Origin: Lytechinus pictus | Taxonomy: Eukaryota | Direction: 5' to 3' | NCBI RefSeq assembly: GCF_037042905.1 | Contig: NC_087250.1 | Location: forward strand, 26,600,001 to 26,664,000 | Length of the DNA: 64,000 nt | Part shown: positions 37,800 through 51,690 of the stretch, piece after piece | Position numbering within the stretch: the stretch's first letter is position 1 | Layout of the letters: each line of letters begins with the position of its first letter | The notes under the pieces: model-generated | Told to the model about the DNA's origin: nothing | The model's database searches: none | Seen by the model: only the letters and a program-made list of their open reading frames with translations | Translations under genes and position numbers: made by a program

Positions 37800-39365
37800 T
37801 GATAGAGCTTGGAATTTCAACGTTGACGACCTCAGGAGTCTATTGAAGAATCTAGTTTGTCTCCAGAGCCCGAGTGTGAAGGAACCTCGTTCATGCTGCG
37901 CATCCAGGTGTTTCGTCAATCACCATATTCTGATAAATTCTATTTCGCATTATTACCCTTGACAGCAGTGCTGCTGAAAATATGCTCGCTTCTACAGCCA
38001 AAAGCTTATGCTTTAGCGTGTCCTCCACCACCCAGTCAGCTATTCAGGCCGACGGGTCTTCACCGCTCAAGGTTTCTGGTGAAAATCGCTTCACTATTTG
38101 TCGTGGTAGTCAACTAAAGGATTAGTTTTGAGAACACTTACGTTAATGTCCTTGCTGGTACGCCATTTATGTAGACGAATGATGTGGCTATAAGGCGAGC
38201 ACACAAGGAAATTTCCTGGGCTGATGTTCCTGTGTTTAGTCATGGTTCCAATGGTAACCATAAGACTAATCATGCAAGAACTACACATTTGTCTTTTTGT
38301 GTGGATTCTTAAACTACATCCATTTGGCCAGGTAAATTCATTGAGCTGACCCTCCTACCAGAGTTTTCTGATGAAGAGACCTTATATTGAAACTCGCTCA
38401 GATTCCCTCCTACACCAACAGTAACATAATTCTTCTTGGCCCCCAATATTGTCTCGAGTGTAGCCTTGGAGGAGAGGATTCTAACAGGATCCACTATGTT
38501 CAGCTACAGCGATGCTTCTGGACCATTCAAGGCAGTTGTTTACGCCACAGCCCTCAGTTATGCATCTTCTTGATTCCGTTCAGTGTAAAAATGACAGTTC
38601 TAGTAAAAATGACAGGGGTAATAGTGGCAGATGTAAAATTGGCAGAGGTAATAACTCGTTTAGGGGGTGTTTGGAAATAATTTGGTCAGATCGACGGGGT
38701 AGAGTGACGATACGAGTGGACTTAATACCAGACCGAGCTTTGTTGAAGGCATAATGAAACTCATCTGTCCAGTGAATGCGGTCTTGAAACTACATACCTG
38801 CTCGAGATTCATCAAGGGGACTTGGAACTTGAAAGGAAGAACGGGGGCAGGAAATGTGTAGGCCCCAATGAAAGACCCCGTCCCCTTCACAGTTGACTGT
38901 GTTCCTACACTTTGAGGACTCGCCTTGAGGGCCCATTCAACCCAACCTAAAATAGTTGCAGTCTTTCGACAAACAGTAGTCTTTTATAGAGAAAGGTGAA
39001 TTCAATTGGAGTCTGGTGCATGTAGCACCTTGTACCAATTCTGTAAAAGAGCCCGCCAGGTGTCCACACCACAATACAAGTCATATGCAAGCTTGACAGC
39101 AATGCCTTCAGGCTATAGATCTCCAGTCTCTGACCCTGGCATACCCATAGCACATCATGTGTCCACCTTGATACCGCGGAAATGTGCGGCAACACCACAA
39201 CAATTCATTGAATTTCAACGGAGAGGTATTCGGTAAAGAAAAAAATGTCCTTCCAAAGTTCCAAGGTCAGATATAAATATGTGTTCCACTGCTCTTTCTT
39301 TCCCAGAGTTTAATCAACGGTGCCAGGGTCGTTGCTTACAACCGGGAAGAACCCTGGTTTGAAGA
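37800..39365 (+). mobile_element. Old degenerate Gypsy pol fragment (protease and downstream region) from a second family
   Basis: Reading across frameshifts gives ITLDSSAAENM...QSAIQADGSSPLKVSGE...VLAGTPFM.TNDVAIR, a retropepsin-like pattern. No LTRs found. Confidence 0.55.
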
Positions 39366-39369
39366 CTAT

Positions 39370-41087
39370 TTACATAATCGACAACAATACGTACATTTCC
39401 AATCTCAAAACTCACAAAAACAAAATATCAAGTGCGGCGTACCACAGGGATCAATTATGGGACCCCTACTTTTTTATTATCTATATTAATGATATCATAA
39501 ATTCATCCCCAATTCTAAATTTCATAATTTTTGCCGACGATACCAGTATTTTCTATTCCCATGCTAATTTAGATACTCTAACTCATATTCTTAATTCAGA
39601 ACTCTCTAAAATATCCCAATGGTTTAAAACAAACAAACTTTCACTTAACATAAGCAAAACCAATTTTATACACTTTCGAGAAGCTAATCCACACTTACCA
39701 GCTCCCAATTTATCAATTGACGGTTTACCTCTTACTGAAAAGCACTCTACCAAATTCTTGGGAGTAACAATTGACTCCAATCTAACGTGGAATGAACACA
39801 TACACAATGTACATACATCTATATCAAGAAACATAGGAATAATTTACAAATTAAAAGACTTTCTTTCTGAAAAATCATTATTGGTTCTATACAACTCCCT
39901 AGTACTTTCACATATGATGTATTGCAATATTGTATGGGGTAACTGTAGTATAACGAAAATAAACTCTCTTCTACTTCTCCAAAAACGAGCAATTCGTAAC
40001 GTTACTCATTCGCATTATATTTCCCACACAGAACCTCTATTTCAGCGTTTAAATGCACTTAAAATACAGGATATTCACACTCTACAAACAGGTATATTTA
40101 TGTTTAGATACACTTACAATAATCTTCCATCATTATTCCAAAATCTATTCAATTTAAATTCAAATATACATGCATATCCAACCCGCCACTCTTCTGATTA
40201 TCATCTACACAACCCCAAACTTATTCTTGCTCAAAAATCAGTTCGCCATCATGGACCAGATACCTGGAATTCCTTACCACAATACTTAAAACAATGTCCC
40301 TCTCTTAACTCATTCAAATCAGCCTTTAAAAAATTTATGACACGCAAATACAATTCTGAATAATTTATGCATATATATAAAAAGAGTTCTACGGGTCTTG
40401 GTCAATTTTCAATTTTCTTGGTAAATTTTTAATTTCTATCTGATCTCATAAACTGTTACATCAGAAAATGAAAAAAATTAAGTCATAGTATCAAACTTTT
40501 CTATCATTTCAAGCTGTATCCTGGAACCATTCAATAATTCCTAATTAATACTACCCCCACACCCTCATATACCGACACACATACACGCACACCCACTCTC
40601 AACACACACATACACTTATACATACACATACAATTTTAAATATACATTTGCACACGCGCACACGTTTGCACATGCACAAACACATGCAAATACGTCAAAT
40701 GTGCACATAATATCAGGCATACAAGGTTCTTGCATGTAAATATCGTATTAATAATATCTGTTTATAATTAATTTAAGTCAATGCTTGATTTGTACTTCGT
40801 TCTTTTTTGTCTATTTCGCTAATACGTTTTGAGGCCGCTACCCTAGTCAAGCACTGCTTATGGTAGCGGTCTCCAGCATTTTTTTTTTTGGTCTACTCAA
40901 CAAAGTACAACTTATAATATTGCAAACTAATACTATCTATATACATTTTTGCAAATGAATGATTATTTGTATTTTTTTTTTGTAAAAAGAAATGTATCAC
41001 TATTTTTTTCTTTATGTTGTACTTTATGTTTGTTAATTATTTCTGTTGGAAAAATGCTGAAATAAAATCAAATCAAATCAAATCAAA
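39370..41087 (+). mobile_element. 5'-truncated CR1/L2-group LINE (RT C-terminal half and 3' UTR)
   Basis: GVPQGS (frameshifted), FIIYINDI, FADDT and KFLGVTID in ORF 39320-40363; ends with AATAAA and an (AAATC)n tail. Confidence 0.92.
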
Positions 41088-42499
41088 ACCCAAACACTTT
41101 TCGGAAACGAGGAGGAAAAAGCTCCGGGAAAAGGGTCTAGGGAAAAGCATACCCTAAGCAAGTTTGCCTAGTCTTAAAAAAAGATGGGAAACACATACCC
41201 TAAAGACGTTTGACCCTGCGAGTGACCATCGACCAGTCTTTCAAAACCACCCTTAAAAAAGCAATCTGTGTTTTTGATACCCTTAACAAGTGCACGCGCG
41301 GCCAACGTCTAAAACTGCAAAAAAAACCTGTTTAAACGCTTTTTTGGGGGTCATGCATGTGAACAGCAAAATATTTGACTGACCCCCTCGGAATTATAAC
41401 TGATGGATAACTGTCCCTCTTATCCAGCTTGGTAACTATACGCCACTCAACTTTATTATAAAAGCAGGTGGTGTCACGGTATTCCTATGCATTGGATATT
41501 GATGCAGCTATTCAACAATATCTGTCGGCTACAAAAGCTGTCACTCCCTTCAGAATGTTCCTCGTGTTGCCATTCCTTAGTCTACAGGTGACCATTGGTG
41601 TGTAAACGGTGTATTTTGCTGTGAAGCGTTCCCTTCAACTTATTTTCGTCATCAAGTCAACTGGTCAAAAACGCAAAAACACCCCCAATAAAAATAAATG
41701 AGTATCTTGTTCATGTTGGTTATCAGTGGCGAAACAGGCAGGGCAGGGGACAGTCTTTGTGATGGACACAGGTAAAGAAATTGACAAGCAAAAAAAAAAG
41801 AAGAAAAAAAAAGTTTATCAACAAAAAATTTAGGGGGGAGGGGACCATCTATGGCAGAGCGTCTTGAGCTTTCGGTACGCAAAAAAGTGCAATACCACGG
41901 AAGTAGTGCAATACTGGTATCACAGGCCTAATTAATTTCCCATAGACTCGTGTGTAAAAATGGCACTTTAAAAAAATCATAAAAATAAGGAGGAAATTCG
42001 AGGGTTGAATGTTTACTACCAGTGGACAGGATATATGTCTGAGATTCCATATTTGACCAGAAAAGGGTATCTCGACCGGCTCACTTTAAAAATAAATCGG
42101 CATTTATGAAGACTACACCCGACAGGATCAAATTTATCACTTGAGAGAGTAAAATGGCCCTAATTCTTCCGCCAGTAAAAAAATAGTTCCAAAGTAGTGA
42201 TATATCTTTCCAATTTGGAAAAAGGAGGTTCAGTAGGTACCCTCCCTAAAATCAGTGTTAGATTGTCAATCATATTCATTCATTTTTGTCAATCAGCAAT
42301 ATCAAATTTCAAAATTGAGCAATGGGTTGGCTCGAATGAATATCTTTGGGCTGCCAGTTGTAGTTAGGCCCGTGTGACCTACTACAGAAGTAGAATTGTG
42401 CAATACGCATGCGCGTGGACTTCGCCTCGTTGTTAGTGATTTCAGTCACTATATTGACATGAGTACACATGTAGAATAATTAAATTAATATTCATATCG

Positions 42500-42600
42500 A
42501 GGTTTTTACCTGACTGAATAAAGCACGAATGCCTGTGAGCAAGCAACCAGGGGACCAACGGCTTAAGGTCCTCTCCGAGGGACCTGATAATGAGGATAAC
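42500..42600 (-). mobile_element. SINE fragment with Deu/Nin-like core
   Basis: Minus strand GTCCCTCGGAGAGGACCTTAAGCCGTTGGTCCCC resembles the DeuSINE/Nin central domain. Confidence 0.5.
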
Positions 42601-45600
42601 TTGGGGTGTATTGTAATGGCAACAAGCCCTTCCAAACCTCCAAATTCGTGCAGATTTATTCTATGAAAATACTTAGAAACAAAAACTAAACTACCTATAG
42701 TAAATAATCTGCTCTATGTATTGTCTCAGATCTCATAATTTAAAGGGGTAGATCGGAAGTGGTTTTGATTGTTCAACCATATTCAAACATCATGCTAACA
42801 TTGCATTTATGAAGTGGAATATTATTTAGCAATTTAGAAACCATTGAAAAATTGATTGCTTCAATGCACTATTAGAGATGAAGTTGATTAAATCAATTAA
42901 CAATCGATTATTATTATAATCGGTTTAAAAAAATATCCCAAAATAAGGATGATAGCTAGTCCATTAAAAATGTAAGTTATTGATTGCTAATGACAAATTA
43001 ACATATTTCTAACATATGCATTACCCCAAAATAGGCCAATCAGCGCATAGCATGTAAATAATGGTTATTTTCAAATTGTAATTATTGTCGGGTATACCCA
43101 ACTGTTAATTACATTAGTTTTTTCTTCATATTCCAACCATTTCTAAACAGATTTTCTTCAAACCAAAGGCATATTTCTTCATAGATGATAATTCTGCCTC
43201 TATACTCATGGTAGTTTTTATCCTCCCTCCCGAAGTAGTTATCAACCTGATACACCCTCTACCCTTCCCCTTTAAGGACAGTGTTATACTAATTTCAATA
43301 TCAATTCAGGAATAGAGAGGAATGTATCTATGACGCAATTAAGTCATACAAATTGTCGTGATTGTATGCAGTTGAACTGTATCTCTGTAAGTTACTCGAT
43401 CCAATCACTCTCATCTCCCTGGTCCATCCAATAACGTGTACGTAGGTATGGGTACCTATATCTACAAAGTGGGTATTGTCTTAAGGTCAGGTCCCCCCCC
43501 CCTCCAAAAAAAAAATCTAAATGCATGATGGTCACCTCTTATGATCTGTGTATGATTAATTTTTAGAAGAAAAGAAAAACAAATCTTCAATAAGCCACCC
43601 CTTAAGAAAACTCAGATTCTGCTTATATATACCTACTTACATGTACTAGCTATTAGATCGCGATAACATTAGCATTGAATGTTTCCTAAAATATCCCATC
43701 ATAGCTGTGGTTTCCCTGATGTTGCATGGGAATTTCTGACAGCAAAAAAAATGTTAATTGTACTTGCATAATTGTGAGTTGACATTGTATAAAAAAGCAA
43801 TATGATATCGTCAACAGGTTGCCAGTTTATTATTTTATTCATGTTACCTGACAGATGATTGACAAATGTCATCCCTATACTCTCAGTGGAAGTTTGTTTA
43901 AGGGATGGGGTTATTTAAAAAATATTCTAAAATTTATGACACAAATTTATCACAATGTCAAAAGATATGTCATGTGTATATACATATTAATAAAAATCAA
44001 CATGTATTCCATCTTACCACCATCATTTCTATATCAATAATTATCACCATCAGCATTATCACTATCATATCACACACAAATGTATGGTATAGAATAATCA
44101 CATTACCACAACTGCCTTTATAAATATCATCACCCACACCATCCTTTATATCAAATTATCACCATAACAAACCTCTCAATTTCATTTCGTAATTCTCCTG
44201 GAGAAATTACAGGAGATCCCGCCCGCGCATGCGCAGTCATTACGTTCGCAGCATTGATTTGGCAGTCATTTTCCGCCATTTGGGGTAAGATAAAAATTGT
44301 TTTTTCTTCCCCTTCTTCGAGTTGGTTGCTGGAATTTATGCGCTAGAACCCTTTTCTATAACAACCTCCTTCTGACATCGACATTGGGTCCCGAGTTGGA
44401 GTACTTCCTGACGAAAATACGATTATGAATCGTGATCTCTTGAATGTGGATACCAGCCCGCCGGCGACTCAGTCGCAGCGGAGTGCGGTTTCTCCACCGG
44501 GCCAGACGCCGGCGAAGCCGGCCGCAGGGACCAGTTCCGCGAGCCAGCAACCAGCTTCGCATCAACAGTCTACGTCTTCGTCGAATAAACTTCATGATAA
44601 AGCCGGAGATATGATTAAATCTCCGTCGGGCTTTTCGGGCATAGGTACCGATATGGCACTATTGCAAGCCAAGCCCAATAAAATTGTCAAAAAACATAAG
44701 CATACTGATAAAGGAGATATAAATCTCCGTCGGGCTCTTCGGGCATAGGAACCGATATGACACCATCAATAGCCAAGCCCAAAAAGAATAATTTTCCCCC
44801 ACAACTTTAAACTCTGAGTTTGAGGAGAGACTCACTATTAAATTAGAATCGCTTTTGACTAAAGCACTGGAGAACCAGGCTTTTCAGAACCAGTCAGGGA
44901 GCCAGTTACTCCCCAGGCATAGGTCAGCCATTATCAAGATAATATTCCGTCTGAGGCTAAGTCTTTACGATGATAGTAATTTATGCCTTGGTTATGAAGA
45001 TCAGAATTTTCAGTTCTACGCAACTAGCTAGGTCAGGTCCATGTGACCAATGTCAGTGATGACAATTCACAAGCACCAGATTACGAGAGTGGGGAAGGTG
45101 AATGTGATGTGGGCCAATTAAGGCCCAGGCATACCGGCATTAGCCGCTAAGTTTTCCCAGCCCCAAGAGATGGGGCAAGCAATTGATGATAACCTTGGTC
45201 GATGTGCCAAGAGTTAATGCTCCCATTTGGGACAAACTAAAACAAGTAACTAGATATAGAGACCTGTAACTACAAAAAAAAAAAATCAACGTTCACTATA
45301 ACGAGAGGTTTGACAGCATTCATGCAATCTTGAGACCCAGTGAATATTTCTGAAGCTCAACAAGATTGCCTCGCTTTGCTCAGCAATGTCAATTTTGAGC
45401 TAAATTGCACAAGGAAACGTCTTATCAGACCTGATATGAATATGAACTTTTCACCATTGTGCAAATCTTCCCAAGTGGGCAAGTTCTTGTTTAGAGATGA
45501 TGTTGCTAAGCAAGTGAAAGACCTGAGTGAGCAACAAAAGGCAGCTACAGGGATGATGACAGGCCAATATTATTGAGGACAAGCAATTCAAGTCTCACAC

Positions 45601-45879
45601 ATATCACCCATATGCCAGGAGTAAAACCAGTACTCGTGAATCTGGATGGGCTCAATCAGCCCCACATGATTTGTGGTCAGGCAACCGAGAGGGTGCTTTT
45701 TTAGGGCAGCCCCAGTGGAAACGACGCAAGAACAAGGGTCAAGACCAGTGGCAGAACCCAGGCTCAAAGAGCAGAATGCCTTCCCACAGCCCCTTTCCCC
45801 TAAAGTAGGGTGCACCTTCGAATAAAACAAAGAAACTACTTCTGCTGAAGAGGCAAGTTTACTTAATGATTATTCAAAG

Positions 45880-47680
45880 TTTCCTATTGGTGGCCGACTG
45901 AGGCATTTTGTAAACAATTGGAAAAAAATATTACTTCTGATCACGTCATCTTGTTGAAGGGTATAAAATTTAAGTTTGAAATTTTATCTATTAAACCATA
46001 CCGTTCACTACCCCCACGCTGTTTTCATATCAGAACAGCTGAAGTAATGAAAGTCAAGAAATTATACACTTGAGAAAAAGGTGATTGAACAATGCTCCCA
46101 TGAGAAGGGAGAGTTCGTGTCCAACATTTTTACTCGGCCCAAGAAAAATGGTGGGCTAAGAGTTATTCTGGATCTTTCTGACCTGAACAAGTATATGGGT
46201 TGTCAGCATTTTAAGATGGATAGCATACATACAGCAACACAATTAATGTCAGAAAATTGTTTTCTTGCCTCAGTGGACCTCCGGGATGCTTACTTTTCGG
46301 TCCCAGTTTACCCTTCAGATCGAAAGTACTTAAGATTTATTTGGCAAGACACTCTTTCAATTTACGTGTTTACCAAATGGTTTGAGTACTGCACCACGGC
46401 TCTTTACCAAAATTTTGAAACCAGTGTTCGCCACACTGCACCAAGCAAATCACATCTTAGTGGGTTATCTTGATGACACCATCATTATTGGTAACAATAA
46501 GGCCAAGTACAGAAGGCAATAATTGATGCCACGGTTGGCCTTTTATCAGAGCTTGGGTTTATTATTTACCCTGATAAGTCGGTACTCAAACCATTACAGG
46601 AAATTACTTTCCTTGGATTTGTCCTTAATTCAGTGAATATGTCCATGACACTCCCTTCTGACAAGGTAAATGAAGTTAAAAAGTGTTGCTTAGACCTCCT
46701 CCAAACTAACTTGCCTAGTATTAGAGCAGTCTCCAGAACAATTGGGAATATTGTAGCAACATTCCCTGCTGCCCAATATGGCCCTCTTTCTATCGGGCTT
46801 TGGAATTGGACAAAATTGTAGCACCGAAAATTAAGAAAAGCCATTTTGATAGACCCATGCAACTCTCGCAGGCAGCTCGGTACGATCTTGAATGGTGGAT
46901 AGCAAACCTACACATTGTATACTCGTCTATTCAGAGATAAGAACCGGACCTGGAGTTGTACTCCGATGCAAGTGGTTCGGGATGGGGAGCTCCATGTTTA
47001 GAGCTAAATTCTAGCACATGTGGGCGATGGAATGCTGAGGAGCTTGTCAAGGCTAAGAATAATGAGATTAATTATCTTGAATTACTGGCAGCCTTTTTCG
47101 GACTAAATTCCTTTTGTACATCTATGAAAAAATGCCATATCCTACTACGCATAGATCATGTAGTTGCAAGGAAATTGCTAATACAATCTAGAAATGGTGT
47201 TTAAAGAGACATATTTGGCTGTCTATTTCTTATATTCCAGGCAAGCTAAATGTAGAAGCTGACAAGCTGTCTCGGAAATTCAATGATAGTACAGAGTGGA
47301 CACTGCATAAGCAAGCTTTTAACCAATTTACTCATTACTTTGGCTGACCAGATATTGACTTATTTGCATCTCGACTAAATAATCAATTGCCTAGGTATGT
47401 CTCTTTGCAACCCGATCCTAGTGCATTCTTGGTTGATGCATTCTCCCTAAACTGGGCCAAGTTGAATTTTTATGCCTTCCCACCATTTTGTCTCATACCA
47501 AGTTGCTTGCAGAAAATTCTGAATGACAAGGCTACGGGATATAGTTGTCCCAAATTGGCCCTCACAGTCTCGGTTTCCCTTGCTCCAAATTATGACAATG
47601 GGGAAACCTGTAGAATTCTAGAGGAGGAAAGGGTTATTAACTTTACCTTTCTCAAATGTCACTCATCCCTGTTGGGATCA
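45880..47680 (+). pseudogene. DIRS RT-RNase H-methyltransferase-like ORF, disrupted
   Basis: FTRPKKNGGLRVILDLSDLN, SVDLRDAYF, GYLDD, EINYLELLAAF, PDIDLFASRLNNQLPRYVS, FYAFPPF. Confidence 0.9.
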
Positions 47681-47699
47681 CATTGATCTATTATGTTGC

Positions 47700-48610
47700 A
47701 GGATCTCCGGAAAAGAGACTGAATAAAAAGACTACGGAGATCATAATGTCTTCATGGAGAGACTCTACTAAAATTCAATACTGTATCTACATCAGAAAAT
47801 GGAAAAAGTTTTGTTTGGACAAAGGTTGGAGTTATGTTCAATCATCAGTAGACATTTATTGGAGTTCCTTACAAGTTGTGTGAACACAGCTGGTTATAGT
47901 ACCTTGAACACTACAAGAAGTGCCTTGTCTAAAATTTTAGTTTTAGATGGTCCTTTTACAGTGGGAACTCATCCCTTAGTGCACCGCTTTATGAAAGGAA
48001 CCTTTCAACTTCGACCACCCAAACCCAGGTACACTCATATCTGGGACGTTAGTGTTGAACCACTTAAGGAAGCTAGAACCTGCGAAAACCCTTAGCTTCA
48101 AGCTCTTAAGCCTGAAAATTATTGTCACCCTCTTTGCACTAACCTCAGCGCAGCGGGTGCAGTCGCTTCATCGGTTAAACATTGAGCATACGACTCTTAA
48201 AGATACTAGTAGTGGAGCTACGTTTTGGTTTGGTCAACTACTAAACAAGACAGACCAGGGCATATCACTGGAGATATGACATTGGAAGCTTACCCTCTAG
48301 TTAAACGACTGTGTGTTCTTCATTATCTAAAACATTATATTCGAAGAACAGAACGTGTGAGGGGATCAGAAAAGTTCCTTTTTATCAGCTATCAGAAGCA
48401 TCATGGGAGGATAAGTAAACGAACCATCTCCCTTTGGAAACGAGTAAATCTAGCTGCAGCTGGGGTAGACACTGATATCTACAAGGCGTAATCCACGAGG
48501 GCTGCGTCGGTGTCAGCAGCTGAGAGGTCCCATCGCTGCTATTCTCAGACAGGCTGGATGGACTAGTGAGAAAACTTTTCAACAATTCTACCATAAGGCT
48601 TTGGATCAGA
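47700..48610 (+). pseudogene. DIRS tyrosine recombinase, disrupted
   Basis: GYSTLNTTRSALS, HPLVHRFMKG...PKPRYTHIWDV, ALTSAQRVQSL, STRAAS and AGW.SEKTF..FY motifs across frameshifts. Confidence 0.88.
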
Positions 48611-49629
48611 AAAGTTACTTCTCAGCCCCCTTGTTAGGCAGTACCTCATTCTCGGTTGTATGAGGTATTATGTTGTGTTTACACCAGGGTTGTGACTTGG
48701 TGTAATTTTGGTATCAAATATGCCTCCTGAGCTTTAAAATCTCCTGTAATTTCTCCAGGAGAATTACGAAATAAAATAGAAAGATTAAATGAGAACAAAG
48801 TTTGAAATTTAATATTTATTTTATGAGTAATTCGGAGGGAGAGATTACAGGCCCCCCACTCCCTCCCATTACTCAAGGGCGAATTTAGCTCTAACTTGTT
48901 CTCGTCTTAGTTTAATCTTTCTTGCTGTTTTATCAGGAGTCATATTTGATGCTTTGAATGATGACTGCGCATGCGCGGGCGGGATCTCCTGTAATCTCTC
49001 CCTCCGAATTACTCATAAAATAAATATTAAATTTCAAACTTTGTTCTCATTTAATCTTTCTATTATATCGTTTTTCCAACACCATCTTCATCAATCTGTA
49101 ACAAACACAACACTGGTGATATTATTCACATCCCTGTTATGCCCAATGTAAATCAATGCAATCAAATGATGAGAAACTATTGAGTATCATTATTGGTGTA
49201 CATGCTTATTTATTGTAATGGTAATAGTAAAATATTTGTTAACATTATCAACAAAAGTAGAGAAGAAGTATGTTCCAACCAGTTTGGCTGCCGGAATTGT
49301 TACCCCTAAGGTACTTTTGTATAGCACGCGCGCGGGATCGAGATAGCTGAGGCATTCGTAGACAAATTACGGCCTCTGCTCAAGTCGCTCTATCTTTAAA
49401 TTACAGAATGTGACGCGTTAGCGGTACGGAAAAAAAAACGCACCCCGCGCGTGGTGTGACTACTATTTTTTTGCGCCACGAAATATAGTATGCACTGCCA
49501 TGGCACGGCTATATTGCAGACGAATTTGTAATGCGTGCGAAAATGTCAACATGTTAAATTATTGACCGCATTTTACCTCTAGACCGCGACGCCCTCACAT
49601 AAGGTACATTTATCAGTTAATCAACCTAC

Positions 49630-49819
49630 CAAATTTTGACTTGACTTCAGATGTGGTGACTACATGACTTCCGCATAGGAGTTCCTCCTGCTTGAAACAT
49701 TCTTGGAGGCGAAGTTTCATCTCTGTACAAATTGGGCAGAGCACACAGATGTCATACCGGATTCCCTTCGCCCATTGTTCACAAAGACTATCGAGTGTCC
49801 GTATCACAAAATCCATTAC
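49630..49819 (-). CDS. Exon C of the ROCO/COR-death-domain gene; end of the COR-like region with CxxC
   Basis: Acceptor ttatttttttgcag| and donor TTTG|gtaggt; 190 nt, phase 0 to 1. Encodes VMDFVIRTLDSLCEQWAKGIRYDICVLCPIC...SKF, with the W-x-x-G...CxxC pattern seen at COR C-termini. Confidence 0.82.
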
Positions 49820-51690
49820 CTGCAAAAAAATAACAAGGTCATTAAAGGAGTGAGTGTACTCCAGGCAGACCAGGCTGAAATTATTTTGAAATAAAATATG
49901 ATAATCCTTTCATAATCAATTTGGCGTTATACAGCTTGCCCCTACGCCTTTCTGCCACGGAAATAGATCAGTGGTTTAGCGGGATTATTCAGACTAGCGC
50001 AGATTTTCCGTCGACGGGGTAGTATCGGCATCGCGGCAGTCTTAGAAATTGATCATGATTTGAACTAATAAACATGATAAAGTAACATCAGACAAAGATT
50101 TCATCAATATCATACAAGGAAAAGCAAAGTTATGAAATTTTATTTCCATGCAATTTCCAATGAAAATGCAATGCCAATGGCGTACCGTAGATCACAGCAT
50201 GTGGGAGGGGGCACGTGGAACATTTTTATGTACGTATAACTGACTGCTTCGCGTGCTTAAGACCAGGTATGCCTTTTCTCACTTTAAAATATACATGTCA
50301 AGGACTGTTGCTAGGAATTCATGAAGAGCTTACCTAATCTCACCATTGTCTAGTAATGCGAGTGCGGAGCTTGCGGTGCATTTTTTTTAAGATTTACACC
50401 TTAACACAGAAAAATACTAAGCACTTTTTTGTAATACGTATATGAACATCACACTAATCTCATTAATCAAATATTGCGAGAGAAAAGCCCAACCTATTTG
50501 CTTTTATATCGAGACGTGAAAATCGACATTTAAGGACTGTTTGTAGTACTTCGTAAATAGAATACACATTTCTCCAGTCAAATAATGCCAGCGTGAAGCG
50601 CTAGCTGAAAATGTTGATATTAAGATCAGAAAAAGGGATTATTTTTTTCTAATTTATGAAGAGAATACCTATCTCACAAATCCTCTAATGCAAACGCACA
50701 TGTGGACTGTTTTTTTTATTTTTTATTCAGACTTTGAAATGGGGCAATCAATTTAAGTAATTATATCAATGATAATTACATCACTTGATAAAATAATGAA
50801 AGCTAGAAGCGCAAAAAAGGATTTGGTGTATATTGACTTGAAAGTTGAATATTTTTATGGTCATCTAATCATCCTGAAAGGGTTTATGTATCTCATTAAC
50901 CAGACAATGTGAGCCCCAGGATTAATTAACACCTAGATAGGCACTAAGCAAATTAAGGGGGGGGGTTATATTTTCCTCCCCTCCCCCACTGCGGAATGAA
51001 CAAGCTTATGGTGTAATATCCCCAACTATTCTTGTACACTTTATTGCAAGAAAATATTTTTCTATTATAAAAATGGATTAACAACTGATTTAATACATAT
51101 TGATTGTTGCAACTTATTTTGTGTACTAGAGACACACATCATACTGTATGCAAAATATCACATAATAATGATTTCATGTAATAACATACGAAGCCAGGAA
51201 AGTGGGAACCTGACGTCATTAGCCTACCTAATAAATATGTTTTATCACAGAGTGCATGCAACTGTTTTCCAAAAGTATTAAGTTTAAACTTCGTTATTTC
51301 TTATCCGATTTTGATGAACCTTCAAGCGTTTTACTTAGTGAATTTTTACGCTTTTTATTCAGATGTGATTATTCCAGCCCTGAGTAATCCTTTAAAAATC
51401 AATATCCAAATTCTGTCTAAGGACAAATGCGACCAGCCACTCAAAACGCACCTTCTTACTCAAAACAAATTTTGAGATTTTTCGGGTCGTACTAAGCTTT
51501 AAAATAATATATGACTTGTCCAAATTGATCAGCGATAGCCAACACAAGTACTTGATTGAATGTAGAAGAAAGTCAGCGAGAGCTTTAATTAAGAAATAAG
51601 AAGACAATGTATAGAAGTCAGGGTTTAATCAAGCATGAAGTTTGTGTACTTTCAATGAAACCTCCCAAAAATCTTCTTTTCTATTCTTAT

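Larger units (their letters stand above)
44180..49062 (+). mobile_element. Full-length, decayed DIRS1-like tyrosine-recombinase retrotransposon
   Basis: Left ITR 44180-44240, right ITR 48961-49062 and internal complementary region 48739-48851. Contains gag-like, RT (YLDD at 46466), RNase H (SDASGSGWG), methyltransferase-like and tyrosine recombinase remnants. Confidence 0.95.
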
